64,000 nucleotides of DNA from an uncultured Candidatus Saccharibacteria bacterium (GTDB taxonomy: Bacteria; Patescibacteriota; WWE3; UBA101185; UBA10185), in assembly GCA_964605725.1 (NCBI GenBank), contig CAZSDQ010000001.1, positions 12,090 to 76,089 on the forward strand. Reading direction: 5' to 3'. Below, one piece after another: positions 23,955 to 33,442 of the stretch; position 1 is the first letter of the stretch, and the number at the start of each line of letters is the position of its first letter. The translations under genes and the position numbers were made by a program. Under the pieces are notes generated by a model that did no database searches, was not told where the DNA came from, and was given only the letters and a program-made list of their open reading frames with translations.

Positions 23955-25151
23955 CTAAAGTCCTTCTTTCATTTTAATATTTAACTCTAAATTTTTATCT
24001 TCATCCCATCTATATATTTCAACTTTTACCCTATCTCCAATTTTAGTTTTATTTACAAGCTCACTTAAACTCTTTTCGGTTAATTTAACACCATCAAAAG
24101 ATACTATTATATCGCCCTCTTTAATGCCACCCTCATCTGCACTTGAATCTTTGATAACCTCCGTTACATAAGCACCAACTGGAACCTCATTTTTTAGTGC
24201 CGCTTGTTCCGAAATCATGGTGTATTTAACTCCCAACAAAGCTCTATCAAATTTTCCCGTATTTTCAAAATTATCTAAAGATTTTTTTAAGACGTTTACT
24301 GGAATAGAAAATCCAATGTTTTCCGCATTACTAGATACTGCAACATTTATCCCAATTACTTCTCCACATCTATTGATAAGAGGTCCTCCAGAATTACCTG
24401 GGTTTATTGCCGCATCTGTCTGAATAACATTATCAATTGACTCTACAAAACCTCCCAAACCGTCACTAGCTGTAATACCTCTTCCTAAACCTGAAATAAC
24501 TCCTGTGGTTACTGTGTGTCTAAACTCCCCCAAGGCTGTCCCAATAGCTACAACGTCCTCACCAACTCTAATTTTATCTGAATCACCTAAAACAATTGAG
24601 TCAACTTTTAGACCATCGACCTGCAAAATAGCCAAATCATTAGCGGGATCTCTATAAATTTTTGAAACTACGTACTCATTATCGTCTTTATCAACTATTT
24701 TATATTCAGCCTCTGTATCTGATACAACGTGTTTATTAGTAATAACAAATTTTTCTTCTCCGACGACAAAACCGGTCCCGATGTCTTGTTGCACTTCCTC
24801 ATAATCTTCAGGTCTGAAACCTGGAGACAAATTAAAAAAACCAAAAAGGCCGAGACCACCTCTAACACTAGATTTTAAATTCAGTCTTTTAACTGCCACT
24901 GTAACAACAGAATCCGATAATTCTTCAGTAATATTTGCAGTGCTTTCGTCACATGATGATAGGTCGTACACATCCCTTTCTCTTTCTCTCAATCTCTGAT
25001 TAACTAAATTCTCACCTTTGTTAATCAAATCTGATTTACCGTTTTTACCAAAGTAGATGCCGCCTACAAAAATAGCTATAAGGACAAACAATCCTAAAAT
25101 CCATAGGAGTACAAACTTCGTAACTTTTTTACCAATATTTATCATAACCAC
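23955..25151 (-). CDS. htrA: HtrA/DegP-family serine protease with C-terminal PDZ domain
   Basis: N-terminal TM. Catalytic His (ITNKHVV), Asp (NDLAIL) and Ser motif TDAAINPGNSGGPL. PDZ-like C-terminus. Confidence 0.9.
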   Translation of the reverse strand: MVMINIGKKVTKFVLLWILGLFVLIAIFVGGIYFGKNGKSDLINKGENLVNQRLRERERDVYDLSSCDESTANITEELSDSVVTVAVKRLNLKSSVRGGLGLFGFFNLSPGFRPEDYEEVQQDIGTGFVVGEEKFVITNKHVVSDTEAEYKIVDKDDNEYVVSKIYRDPANDLAILQVDGLKVDSIVLGDSDKIRVGEDVVAIGTALGEFRHTVTTGVISGLGRGITASDGLGGFVESIDNVIQTDAAINPGNSGGPLINRCGEVIGINVAVSSNAENIGFSIPVNVLKKSLDNFENTGKFDRALLGVKYTMISEQAALKNEVPVGAYVTEVIKDSSADEGGIKEGDIIVSFDGVKLTEKSLSELVNKTKIGDRVKVEIYRWDEDKNLELNIKMKEGL

Positions 25152-25183
25152 TCCTTTTGTAGGCGGGCCTCCGCTTAAATAAA

Positions 25184-25633
25184 TTATTGTATTTCGATCT
25201 TCTTAGATTTTATCTCATCTGATTTAGGTAACATTAAAGTCAGAATTCCATTTTCATATTTGGCTACAGCTTTATCACTATCAAATCTTGCAGGCAAATT
25301 GAAGGTTTGTTCAAAAGAATTATCAATACTCTTAAAGTAATAGTTTTTCTTATCATTAACTTTCTCTTCTTCTTTTTTGGCACATCCTTTGATAGTTATA
25401 GCCTCAGGAGTTGTTGTAATCTCAATGTTGTCTTTATTTACTCCTGGTAATGCCATTTTAATAAAGAAATTATCGTCTTCTTCCCAAACGTCTGCATAAA
25501 GGTTCTTAGATGGAAAAGTCTTATCAAAAATCTCATCCATCCATGAATTAGATGAAATGAAATCATCTAACATGGATCTAAATGGAACGTAGGGTGTTAA
25601 CCCATTACTAGTGTTTCTTTTTACTATTTTCAT
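25184..25633 (-). CDS. Hsp20/alpha-crystallin small heat-shock protein
   Basis: Alpha-crystallin domain with a C-terminal ENGILTLMLPK motif. Confidence 0.85.
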   Translation of the reverse strand: MKIVKRNTSNGLTPYVPFRSMLDDFISSNSWMDEIFDKTFPSKNLYADVWEEDDNFFIKMALPGVNKDNIEITTTPEAITIKGCAKKEEEKVNDKKNYYFKSIDNSFEQTFNLPARFDSDKAVAKYENGILTLMLPKSDEIKSKKIEIQ

Positions 25634-25678
25634 ATAGGCCTCCTTTTTAAAATTTATAATATTGAATTAGATGTTTTC

Positions 25679-25695
25679 TGACACCAAAAGTGTCA
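25679..25695. promoter_or_regulatory. Perfect palindrome TGACAC-N5-GTGTCA in the hsp20/peroxiredoxin divergent region (operator candidate)
   Basis: 6-bp arms with a 5-nt spacer. It overlaps a TTGACA hexamer on the hsp20 strand. Confidence 0.3.
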
Positions 25696-25868
25696 ATTAA
25701 GTAAAAATGGGTGTAAGGTGCCTAACCTGATTTCTCTAATGTAAATAAGAGTAGTAGGGCATCAACACCATCTCACTTACAAAAATAATTTAATATAGGT
25801 AAAAAAGTTTGTCAAGATATCGTTGTGTTAAAATACCTCAATGTATCAAATCTTTTGAAAGGATTCTT

Positions 25869-26591
25869 ATGGAACAAACTAATCAAACAGAAGCTTTCAC
25901 AATGCCTCGTATCGGGGAGCCGGCACCCTCTTTTAAGGCCGTCACAACCCAAGGAGAAATAAATTTTCCCGCTCAGTATAAAGGTAGCTGGGTTATACTT
26001 TTTAGTCACCCTGCAGACTTTACTCCGGTATGTACTTCGGAATTTATGACCTTTGCATCAATGGAGAAAAAATTTAATGATGCAAACTGTAAGCTGGTTG
26101 GTCTATCTGTAGATGGACTCTATAGTCACATTGCTTGGCTAAGAACTATAAAAGAAAAAATTGAATATAAAGGAATGAAGGATGTAGAAGTAAAATTTCC
26201 TTTGATTGAAGATATTACTATGGAAGTTGCTAATAAGTACGGTATGGTTCAACCCGGGGAAAGTAACACTAAAGCCGTAAGGGCAGTATTTTTTATTGAT
26301 CCTAAAGGAATTATTAGAACAATTATTTATTATCCTTTAAGTCTTGGTAGAAATTTTGATGAGTTATACCGAGTTTTAGTCGCACTTCAAACAGCTGATA
26401 ATTTCTCTGTTGCTTTGCCAGCAGATTGGAGACCTGGAGATGACGTTATAGTACCAACCGCAGGTTCTTGTGGAGTGGCTAAACAAAGAATGGAAAGTAA
26501 AAAAGATATGAAATGTTACGATTGGTTTTTTTGCACTAAGAAATTGTCCAAAGATGAGGTTGAGAAAGCCCTACAGTCAAAAAAGAAGTAA
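25869..26591 (+). CDS. Peroxiredoxin (Prx/AhpC-TSA family)
   Basis: Start moved to ATG 25869 from the track's TTG start at 25809. Peroxidatic Cys motif HPADFTPVCTSE; a second CxxxxC-like region lies near the C-terminus. Confidence 0.85.
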   Translation: MEQTNQTEAFTMPRIGEPAPSFKAVTTQGEINFPAQYKGSWVILFSHPADFTPVCTSEFMTFASMEKKFNDANCKLVGLSVDGLYSHIAWLRTIKEKIEYKGMKDVEVKFPLIEDITMEVANKYGMVQPGESNTKAVRAVFFIDPKGIIRTIIYYPLSLGRNFDELYRVLVALQTADNFSVALPADWRPGDDVIVPTAGSCGVAKQRMESKKDMKCYDWFFCTKKLSKDEVEKALQSKKK

Positions 26592-26604
26592 ATAACCACG
26601 GCTG

Positions 26605-27888
26605 TTAACCGAACATTAGAATTTCGGGGCGGAATAGTAATAAAACGCCAATGGCTACCATTAATATTCCGCCTATCAGCCTGGACCACTTAACATATTT
26701 TGTGGTAATTCCTGTCATCTGTAAAGTTTTCATTGCTACAAAAAACACAAACAAATCGTCAAACATAAAAAATAATATATAGAGCAATAAATAAAAATCG
26801 TATACAATTTTACTCAAATTACTGAGAACTAAAACTTGGGTATAAACCGCGGGAAGACCGGCAGAGCATACTAACTCTACTAAATTTACCGCAAATGACA
26901 GTGCAATTATTCCAACCAAAGCTAACAAGAATGATTTATTAGAAGTAATTTTCCCTAACTTCTCAAAAATACTTCTTCTTTTCTCATCTCCCTCAACATC
27001 ACATCCTGGCGTACCCTTGTTTAAAAACTTTTTTAAACTCTTATAACCACCGACAAACGCGATACCTGCAATTAACACCCTAATCCAGTAAATATAACCA
27101 ACGAATAAAAAGAAGTTTAACCACGCAAACATAAATAAGAAATAGACAAGAGCAGATGAGATTATAAAAGCCAAACCTAAAATCCACATCTTTTTTCTAT
27201 CCTTCATATCTAAAAGAAGGCTTATTAAAAAAAGTAGAACCCACATTGCACAGGGATTGAAACCATCTAAAAATCCTAATACTACCGTTAATGCCGGAAG
27301 AGAAAGTTGTTCTAGGTCAAAATTTGCAAATTTTGGTAATGTCGGCCCTTTCAAATCTTCGTTTGGGGCACAGATGCCTGTACCTCCCGAATCTTCTGTT
27401 TCGCATGAGTCTTGTCCCGATTCTACGTTGTAAATTTCTGATATTTCAGCATCACTTATATTAATTTCTCCCGGACAGTCAACCTCATCACTGTGCATAT
27501 TTAGTAAATCAATACAACCATTTTTTCTATATTCTTCGATAATATTTTCAATCTCTTTGCCAGTAGAATCCTCTCCAAGAAAACCATAAATGGACTTATC
27601 GCCTATGACAAGAAATGGAAAACCTTTGAAATCTGTATTTAGTTTTTCAATCGCCTGCTGTAGTTTTTTTTGATTATCCTTGTTTTTAGATACCTCAAAT
27701 GTGTGGAGATGCAAATCTTCATTTGAATCAATAAGTTTTTGAAGAAAAATCTTTTCTTCTTTGCAACGTGGGCAGCCCTCAGTCCAAAATAAGTAAAGAT
27801 TAATCTTATCGGCAGCATATATGCGATTAGAACCTAAAAAGGTTAATAGTGAAAATATTAAAATGCCGATAAATTTGTTAATCCTCAT
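26605..27888 (-). CDS. Fusion of a secreted CxxC thioredoxin/glutaredoxin-like domain to a polytopic DsbD/CcdA-like membrane domain
   Basis: Signal peptide, WTEGCPRCKEEK (CPxC), then about 6 TM helices with a conserved DGFNPC motif. The membrane-domain family assignment is tentative. Confidence 0.55.
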   Translation of the reverse strand: MRINKFIGILIFSLLTFLGSNRIYAADKINLYLFWTEGCPRCKEEKIFLQKLIDSNEDLHLHTFEVSKNKDNQKKLQQAIEKLNTDFKGFPFLVIGDKSIYGFLGEDSTGKEIENIIEEYRKNGCIDLLNMHSDEVDCPGEINISDAEISEIYNVESGQDSCETEDSGGTGICAPNEDLKGPTLPKFANFDLEQLSLPALTVVLGFLDGFNPCAMWVLLFLISLLLDMKDRKKMWILGLAFIISSALVYFLFMFAWLNFFLFVGYIYWIRVLIAGIAFVGGYKSLKKFLNKGTPGCDVEGDEKRRSIFEKLGKITSNKSFLLALVGIIALSFAVNLVELVCSAGLPAVYTQVLVLSNLSKIVYDFYLLLYILFFMFDDLFVFFVAMKTLQMTGITTKYVKWSRLIGGILMVAIGVLLLFRPEILMFG

Positions 27889-27890
27889 TA

Positions 27891-28160
27891 TTACTTATCT
27901 ATATTATCATTAATAACTTTAACTAATTCTTCTTTATCAACCTCGCCCGTCAACCTCAAAATTTCATTTTCATCCTTGTCTAAAAATATAAAGACAGGAA
28001 GTTTATGGTCAATACCGTATTTTTCCATTACTTCTTTATCTTTATCAAAGTCATAATACTCCGTCAAAAGCTCGGGCATTTCTTTTTCAATTTCAGCCCA
28101 TCTGGGTTTCATGATTAAACACCCTGAACACCAAACGGCACCAATTTTTAAAACTTTCAA
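27891..28160 (-). CDS. Thioredoxin-fold protein
   Basis: 89 aa with a WCSGC redox motif. Separated by 2 nt from the downstream gene. Confidence 0.7.
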   Translation of the reverse strand: MKVLKIGAVWCSGCLIMKPRWAEIEKEMPELLTEYYDFDKDKEVMEKYGIDHKLPVFIFLDKDENEILRLTGEVDKEELVKVINDNIDK

Positions 28161-28161
28161 G

Positions 28162-28452
28162 CTAATCCACCTCCTTACCTAATCGAAACTTAATAGCTTT
28201 CCCTTTAATAAGAGCTTCCGCTACCTTTTTATTGGCTGATGATAGTGTACGTGCAAAAGTGGGTTGAGAAATATCCATTTTTTTGGCCGCGTCGGTTTGA
28301 TCCAAACTATCTACTAAATAAAGTTTTATTGCTTCAACCTCGTCAGGGTACAACTCAACCTCCTCGAGTTCCATAAGCGGAATTCCTCGAGGCTTAAAAT
28401 AACTCACGTCCGGATTAAAATGTAATCTTCTTTTTATTCTCGGTCTCGTCAT
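28162..28452 (-). CDS. DUF134 (UPF0251) predicted DNA-binding protein
   Basis: Close match to the family pattern: MTRPRIKRRLHFNPDVSYFKPRGIPL...ISQPTFARTLSSANKKVAEALIKGKAI. Confidence 0.8.
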   Translation of the reverse strand: MTRPRIKRRLHFNPDVSYFKPRGIPLMELEEVELYPDEVEAIKLYLVDSLDQTDAAKKMDISQPTFARTLSSANKKVAEALIKGKAIKFRLGKEVD

Positions 28453-28470
28453 ATGTTTAAGTTACTATTT

Positions 28471-28731
28471 TTAATTCTCTTCCTCAAGCTTTTTCTTCTC
28501 AGTTTTAATTACTTCTAACTCTTCTTCTAAACCTTTCTGGTACTTGTCAAGATCTTTTTTAATATCTTCTTTCGATGGGGCAGCACTCCAAAATCTAAAA
28601 CCTCTGCCTCTACCGTAACCTCTTCTACCAAAACCTCTTCTTCCATAACCATAACCATCTCCACAAGGACCCATACCTCTACCTGTCTGTGGTCCAAAAC
28701 CTTGAGGACCTGTTCCGTTAAATACTGGCAT
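28471..28731 (-). CDS. DUF5320 family protein
   Basis: Gly/Arg-rich N-terminus MPVFNGTGPQGFGPQTGRGMGPCG and a C-terminal coiled coil, the usual partner of DUF134. Confidence 0.75.
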   Translation of the reverse strand: MPVFNGTGPQGFGPQTGRGMGPCGDGYGYGRRGFGRRGYGRGRGFRFWSAAPSKEDIKKDLDKYQKGLEEELEVIKTEKKKLEEEN

Positions 28732-28890
28732 TTAATTCACCTCCTTAATAAAACTATATTGAATACATATTCATAATACAATTTTAAGATGAGGAGTCAA
28801 GATATTTTAATGACTAGACTAATTAGGCCCAGTTGTTAAAAACTTCTTAGTATAATTTTAAAATTTGCAAACAACTGATACAATAAAAAC

Positions 28891-29406
28891 ATGGAAAATA
28901 CAGAAAATAATAAACCAATAGATAGTAGTGAAAAAGTTGAAGTCAAAGAGGTTAAGAAGACAAAGAAATCCTTTAAACAAATAACCGGTACTAAAAAGGT
29001 TAGGCTTTGGGTGATAATTATTCTTTTGGCTATTGTGGCAGTATTATTTTTCTTCTTTAAAAAAGCAAGAATTGCTCTTGCAGTAGCTTTTTTTGCATTA
29101 CTAGCCGCCTTGGGTTTGGAAGTTTCAAACAAAGATTACGATATGAAAACGTTGATGAAAACAAGATCCTTTGAACAGTCAGAAGTTCAAAGAGATTCTG
29201 CAGGAAACGTCCTTTACGATATTTTCGGTGAAATTACTACCGATGCGTCAAAAGGAAAAACTGCAAATGAATACAATTGTGAGGATTTCGGATCTCAGCC
29301 AGAAGCTCAAACTTTTTTTGAAAAAGTTGGCGGTGTTGGAAACGATGTAAATAGGCTTGATGGAGATAAGGACGGAGAAGCCTGCGAAAGTTTACCTAAA
29401 AAATAA
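28891..29406 (+). CDS. Membrane protein with C-terminal Excalibur calcium-binding domain
   Basis: NCEDFGSQPEAQTFFEKVGG...LDGDKDGEACESL matches the Excalibur pattern (C..F..AQ...DxDxDGxxCE). Confidence 0.65.
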   Translation: MENTENNKPIDSSEKVEVKEVKKTKKSFKQITGTKKVRLWVIIILLAIVAVLFFFFKKARIALAVAFFALLAALGLEVSNKDYDMKTLMKTRSFEQSEVQRDSAGNVLYDIFGEITTDASKGKTANEYNCEDFGSQPEAQTFFEKVGGVGNDVNRLDGDKDGEACESLPKK

Positions 29407-29502
29407 AACTAAGCTGATTTTTAAAAAATATAAAAGGCTTATTCATACACTTTCAGTATAGAGTTTAATATTGCTAAAACCACAAAAGCTAGACAAAAAA
29501 GT

Positions 29503-30531
29503 ATGAAAAAGGTAAACCGAAACAAACTAAAAGGTGTAAATTTAGGAGGGTGGTTAGTTTTAGAGAAATGGATAACACCATCGTTATTTGAAGGATACAA
29601 AGCCGATGACGAGTACTCCTTATTGAATAAGTTTCCTAAAAAAGCCATTAGAGAGCACTATAAAACCTTTATAAAAGAAGAAGATTTTCTTTTTTTATCT
29701 CAAAATGGAATAAATGCAATTAGAATACCTGTAGGGTATTGGATATTCGGGGATTTCCCACCATACGAAAAGAGTATTCAATACTTGGATTTTGCTTTTG
29801 ACATGGCAGAAAAACACGGTCTAAAAGTCTTAATTGACTTGCACGGAGCTCCTGGTAGTCAAAACGGTTATGATCACAGTGGAAAATCAGGAGAGATTGG
29901 TTGGGATAAAGATTCTACCAATATTAAACTTACATTAAAAATTATTGAAAAAATTGCCGAAAGATACTGTAGGAAAAAAGTCTTCTTTGGAATTGAAGTG
30001 TTAAACGAGCCTCATATTTCTATTGATATAGACTTATTAAAATCATTTTACGAGGAAGCATATCGAATAATAAGAAAGGTCTGTGGTGAAAAAATTGCTG
30101 TGGTTATCAGCGATTCTTTCAGACCGTTGGAATTTAAAAACTTCTTGCCTTATCCAAAATTTACAAATGTATTTTTGGATTCCCATTTTTATCAATGTTT
30201 TTCAGATGAGTTTAAAAAAATTAAATTAAGAGCTTTTCTAAGAAAAGGCAAAAGAGAGTGGGGCAGTACTATAAAAAAAATGCAGAAACACTTGCCAATG
30301 ATATCCGGTGAATGGAGTTTAGCTTTGAATTCGAGAGATTTTAACGAAAAATTATCAGTAAATAATGTGCAAGAAAAGCAGATATTTAAAAATTATCAAA
30401 ATTTCCAAAAAATGCAGAATAAAGTTTTTAATAAGTCTGCAGGGTGGTTTTTTTGGACATATAAGACTGAGGATACAACTGACTGGGCTTGGAATTTCAG
30501 AAAGCTTATTGAAAACGGATTTAAGTTTTAG
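29503..30531 (+). CDS. Glycoside hydrolase family 5 (exo-beta-1,3-glucanase-like)
   Basis: GVNLGGWLVLEKWITPSLF N-terminus, acid/base EVLNEPH, nucleophile GEWSLA. Confidence 0.8.
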   Translation: MKKVNRNKLKGVNLGGWLVLEKWITPSLFEGYKADDEYSLLNKFPKKAIREHYKTFIKEEDFLFLSQNGINAIRIPVGYWIFGDFPPYEKSIQYLDFAFDMAEKHGLKVLIDLHGAPGSQNGYDHSGKSGEIGWDKDSTNIKLTLKIIEKIAERYCRKKVFFGIEVLNEPHISIDIDLLKSFYEEAYRIIRKVCGEKIAVVISDSFRPLEFKNFLPYPKFTNVFLDSHFYQCFSDEFKKIKLRAFLRKGKREWGSTIKKMQKHLPMISGEWSLALNSRDFNEKLSVNNVQEKQIFKNYQNFQKMQNKVFNKSAGWFFWTYKTEDTTDWAWNFRKLIENGFKF

Positions 30532-30532
30532 G

Positions 30533-31468
30533 TTATTTTAATATCAATGACACTTTTGAGATTAAAGAATCAATAGTATATTTGATTCTATTTTTTGTGA
30601 CATTGAAAAGGGTGTTTTCTTCACAAAATGAATTTACTAACTCTTTGTCGGCAGACTTAATTCCGGTGGTCTCAGATACTATTGGATTCATCATCGCTCC
30701 CTCTTCCTCTATGTGGTCTAGTCCTAGGGAGTGACCCAGCTCATGAGCAAGAATATTTACTAAATTGGCGTCATCGGTATAGAAAAATATATCAATCTTC
30801 TCCTCTCCTGAGGTATAAAACCCAACCTCGGGCTTCTGCTCTAACACTGTGTTAAATTTAGTAACCATGTTGTTAAAAGTACCAATATTTTTATTTACAT
30901 CGTCTACGGCTTGGTTAAGTTTGTTTGCATATGAATTCAGCTCATCAATCTTAGAGTTTAGATTCTCCTGCATTTTTGTTAAGGCTCTAAACTCAGGCTC
31001 GGGAGCACCACCTTTGCTGTTCCAATAGTCTATTTGTTTGTTTAACTCAGTTATTTGCTTTTCAAGTTCTGCTACTTTTTGATCATAGATTGCGTTTTCT
31101 TCCTCCAAAGAAAGCTTTTTATCACTAACATTGGTTTCCATGTTCTCAATATTTTCAAAACTTCCCTGTCTTTCATCGTAAATTAAATTAACTTCAAGAT
31201 CGGAGTTTTGATCATAAACAAATAGTCTTTTACCGTAAGCATTTGTCCACAAATTTGAAGCTTCTTCTATTTTGTCCAAAAGCTCGGTCTCGGTTATTTT
31301 AAATTTTGGATCGATTGAACCAACCTTGTATTTCACAGGTTCATCACAAATAGATGAATTCGCTTTTTCTTTTAGGGTTAGTACGTCGTTAAGGCTAATA
31401 TCAAAAACATAATGGAGGAGAAGGAAAATACCAACGATCCAGAAAATAAGTTTAATTATTAACTTCAT
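30533..31468 (-). CDS. Matrixin-like zinc metalloprotease with N-terminal anchor and coiled coil
   Basis: HExxHxxGxxH = HELGHSLGLDH followed by a Met-turn (GAMMNP). Confidence 0.7.
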   Translation of the reverse strand: MKLIIKLIFWIVGIFLLLHYVFDISLNDVLTLKEKANSSICDEPVKYKVGSIDPKFKITETELLDKIEEASNLWTNAYGKRLFVYDQNSDLEVNLIYDERQGSFENIENMETNVSDKKLSLEEENAIYDQKVAELEKQITELNKQIDYWNSKGGAPEPEFRALTKMQENLNSKIDELNSYANKLNQAVDDVNKNIGTFNNMVTKFNTVLEQKPEVGFYTSGEEKIDIFFYTDDANLVNILAHELGHSLGLDHIEEEGAMMNPIVSETTGIKSADKELVNSFCEENTLFNVTKNRIKYTIDSLISKVSLILK

Positions 31469-31604
31469 TTACTAAATTTTATTAGTATTGAGATAAATAC
31501 ACAAGTTATGAGGTGTTTTAAGGTTTTTGGATATCATTGACTATAGGTTTTTATAGTGTTAAAATTCTGAAAATCACGTCAAAAAAATAGAAAAGGAGAA
31601 AAAA

Positions 31605-32240
31605 ATGAAAAAAGCAAGTGAATTTAAGAGAAATGTAGGGAGTTACCTGGATGAAACCCGACCAAAAAGACAGAGAACTACAGGATACATCGCATTCTTT
31701 GTTATTATGCTGTTTGCTGCCTATGTTTTTGGTAGAAATGATGCCAGTTCAGAAAAAGCCATGGCGGCAGCCTTACCAATATCGGTAGAGCCGGCTGAAC
31801 AAGGAGAGAAGTGTGAACTTCCTGAAATTCACCCAAATCCTAGCTACCAATCAAGTTGGGAAAACGTACTTTTTTATTGTAATGAGATAATTGATACATC
31901 TCGTAGATATAATCTGGAACCAGAGCTTGTCTCTTCAATAATTTTGTTGGAATCAGGAGGAGATTCTAACGCAATTTCTCAAAGTGGAGCAGTTGGTCTT
32001 ATGCAGATTATGTCCTCCGACGGACTTTCAAGGCAACTTTACGGAGACTATTTTTCTGATAGACCTACGGTCTCAGAACTACTGAACCCTGTATACAACA
32101 TTGAATGGGGAGTAAGCCATCTCGCAGGACTTGTCGAGATTTACCGTGATCTTAGAGAGGCTCTGTACCATTATGGGCCTATTGACGTAGGATATGATTA
32201 CGCAGACAGCATCATGAGTATGTTTGATGCTTTAAATTAA
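31605..32240 (+). CDS. Lytic transglycosylase (SLT domain), membrane anchored
   Basis: Catalytic LLESGGD and GLMQI motifs. SD AAAAGGAG upstream. Confidence 0.75.
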   Translation: MKKASEFKRNVGSYLDETRPKRQRTTGYIAFFVIMLFAAYVFGRNDASSEKAMAAALPISVEPAEQGEKCELPEIHPNPSYQSSWENVLFYCNEIIDTSRRYNLEPELVSSIILLESGGDSNAISQSGAVGLMQIMSSDGLSRQLYGDYFSDRPTVSELLNPVYNIEWGVSHLAGLVEIYRDLREALYHYGPIDVGYDYADSIMSMFDALN

Positions 32241-32260
32241 AAAACGAGATTCATTTTAAA

Positions 32261-32298
32261 AGGACATAAAATGCCAAAAGCAAATTATGTCCTTTTTC
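32261..32298 (+). terminator. Rho-independent terminator candidate
   Basis: AGGACATAA ... TTATGTCCT stem followed by TTTTTC. Confidence 0.5.
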
Positions 32299-32335
32299 AT
32301 GCTAATTCTTCACAAAGTGATATCATATCCTAGTT

Positions 32336-33127
32336 ATGAAGATAAAATATCGAATTTCTAAGGACAAAAGATGCAAAGAGATTAACGACTTCATCCAAAA
32401 AGAATTTCCACATTTACTTAAAGAGAGAAAGCCGGACCTTATACTAGTATCCGGAGGAGATGGAGCAATTCTTCACGCTATTCAAGAATACAATCATCAC
32501 AAAGTACCATTTTTAGGCTATGGCACTGGTACTTTAAATTTTTTAATGAATGATATGAATTTAGAACAACTAAAAAAATTCATTCAAAAACTGGAAAAAG
32601 ACGAGATAAAATTAAAAACCATAGGAACAACAAAAATAAGTGTAAGTTTGCAAAAAAAGAGAAATGGTAAAAAAATTAAAATCGGTCAAGCTGTAAATGA
32701 GGTAGTTTTAGGATCTAAATTAATGGGATATCACTCATTTTCTATAAACTCAAACGATGGGTCATTCAATGACTTTGAAATCAAAGGATCCGGTATCTGC
32801 ATAAGTACTGACTTAGGCTCAACTGGCTATAATTTTAACCTCGGTGGAGCTGTTTTACCCTTAGGAAGTAATCTTTGGTCGTTATTAGGCATAGTATGCA
32901 ACAGATATCTAGAAGACATTTTAAACACAGATAACATAGTCATTGAAAACATTTCAAAAAGACCGGGGCTTTCAATATTTCTAGACAGTATTAAACAAAA
33001 TGTATCAATAAGTTACGGGGATAAAATCATTATTAAAAAAGGTGATGCGGTTAAGTTAGCCTTCTATAATCAAAAGAAATTTTTTGAAAAAAGAATAGAT
33101 ATTAGCTCTAGATATCGAAAAGGGTAA
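32336..33127 (+). CDS. nadK: NAD(+) kinase
   Basis: GGDG motif (VSGGDGAILHA), NEVVL motif and TGYNFNLGG (TAYS-like) region. Confidence 0.8.
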   Translation: MKIKYRISKDKRCKEINDFIQKEFPHLLKERKPDLILVSGGDGAILHAIQEYNHHKVPFLGYGTGTLNFLMNDMNLEQLKKFIQKLEKDEIKLKTIGTTKISVSLQKKRNGKKIKIGQAVNEVVLGSKLMGYHSFSINSNDGSFNDFEIKGSGICISTDLGSTGYNFNLGGAVLPLGSNLWSLLGIVCNRYLEDILNTDNIVIENISKRPGLSIFLDSIKQNVSISYGDKIIIKKGDAVKLAFYNQKKFFEKRIDISSRYRKG

Positions 33128-33180
33128 TAAAAAACCTAGCTTTGCAAATAATAATAAAGAGCAAAACTAGGTTTAATAAA

Positions 33181-33381
33181 TTATCTGAAAGTTGGAGGGT
33201 CAACATACTTATCTAACTCTCTCAACCTCTTCTTATCTTGATAATCGAAGACAAGAGATGAGATAAATAAAACGCCACTAACAATGTTATATAAAGCACC
33301 CCCAACGAAAAACAAAATAATTAGTATCTTTAAAAAGGGACTAATACTGCTTGTCATGAAAGCATTAACAAATTCAATCAT
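33181..33381 (-). CDS. Small 2-TM membrane protein
   Basis: 66-aa hydrophobic ORF with no recognisable motif. Confidence 0.35.
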   Translation of the reverse strand: MIEFVNAFMTSSISPFLKILIILFFVGGALYNIVSGVLFISSLVFDYQDKKRLRELDKYVDPPTFR

Positions 33382-33442
33382 TTCTCTCCTTCGTGTGATT
33401 TATTAAATGTATTTTACTACTATGGGACTATTTATCAAGTCT

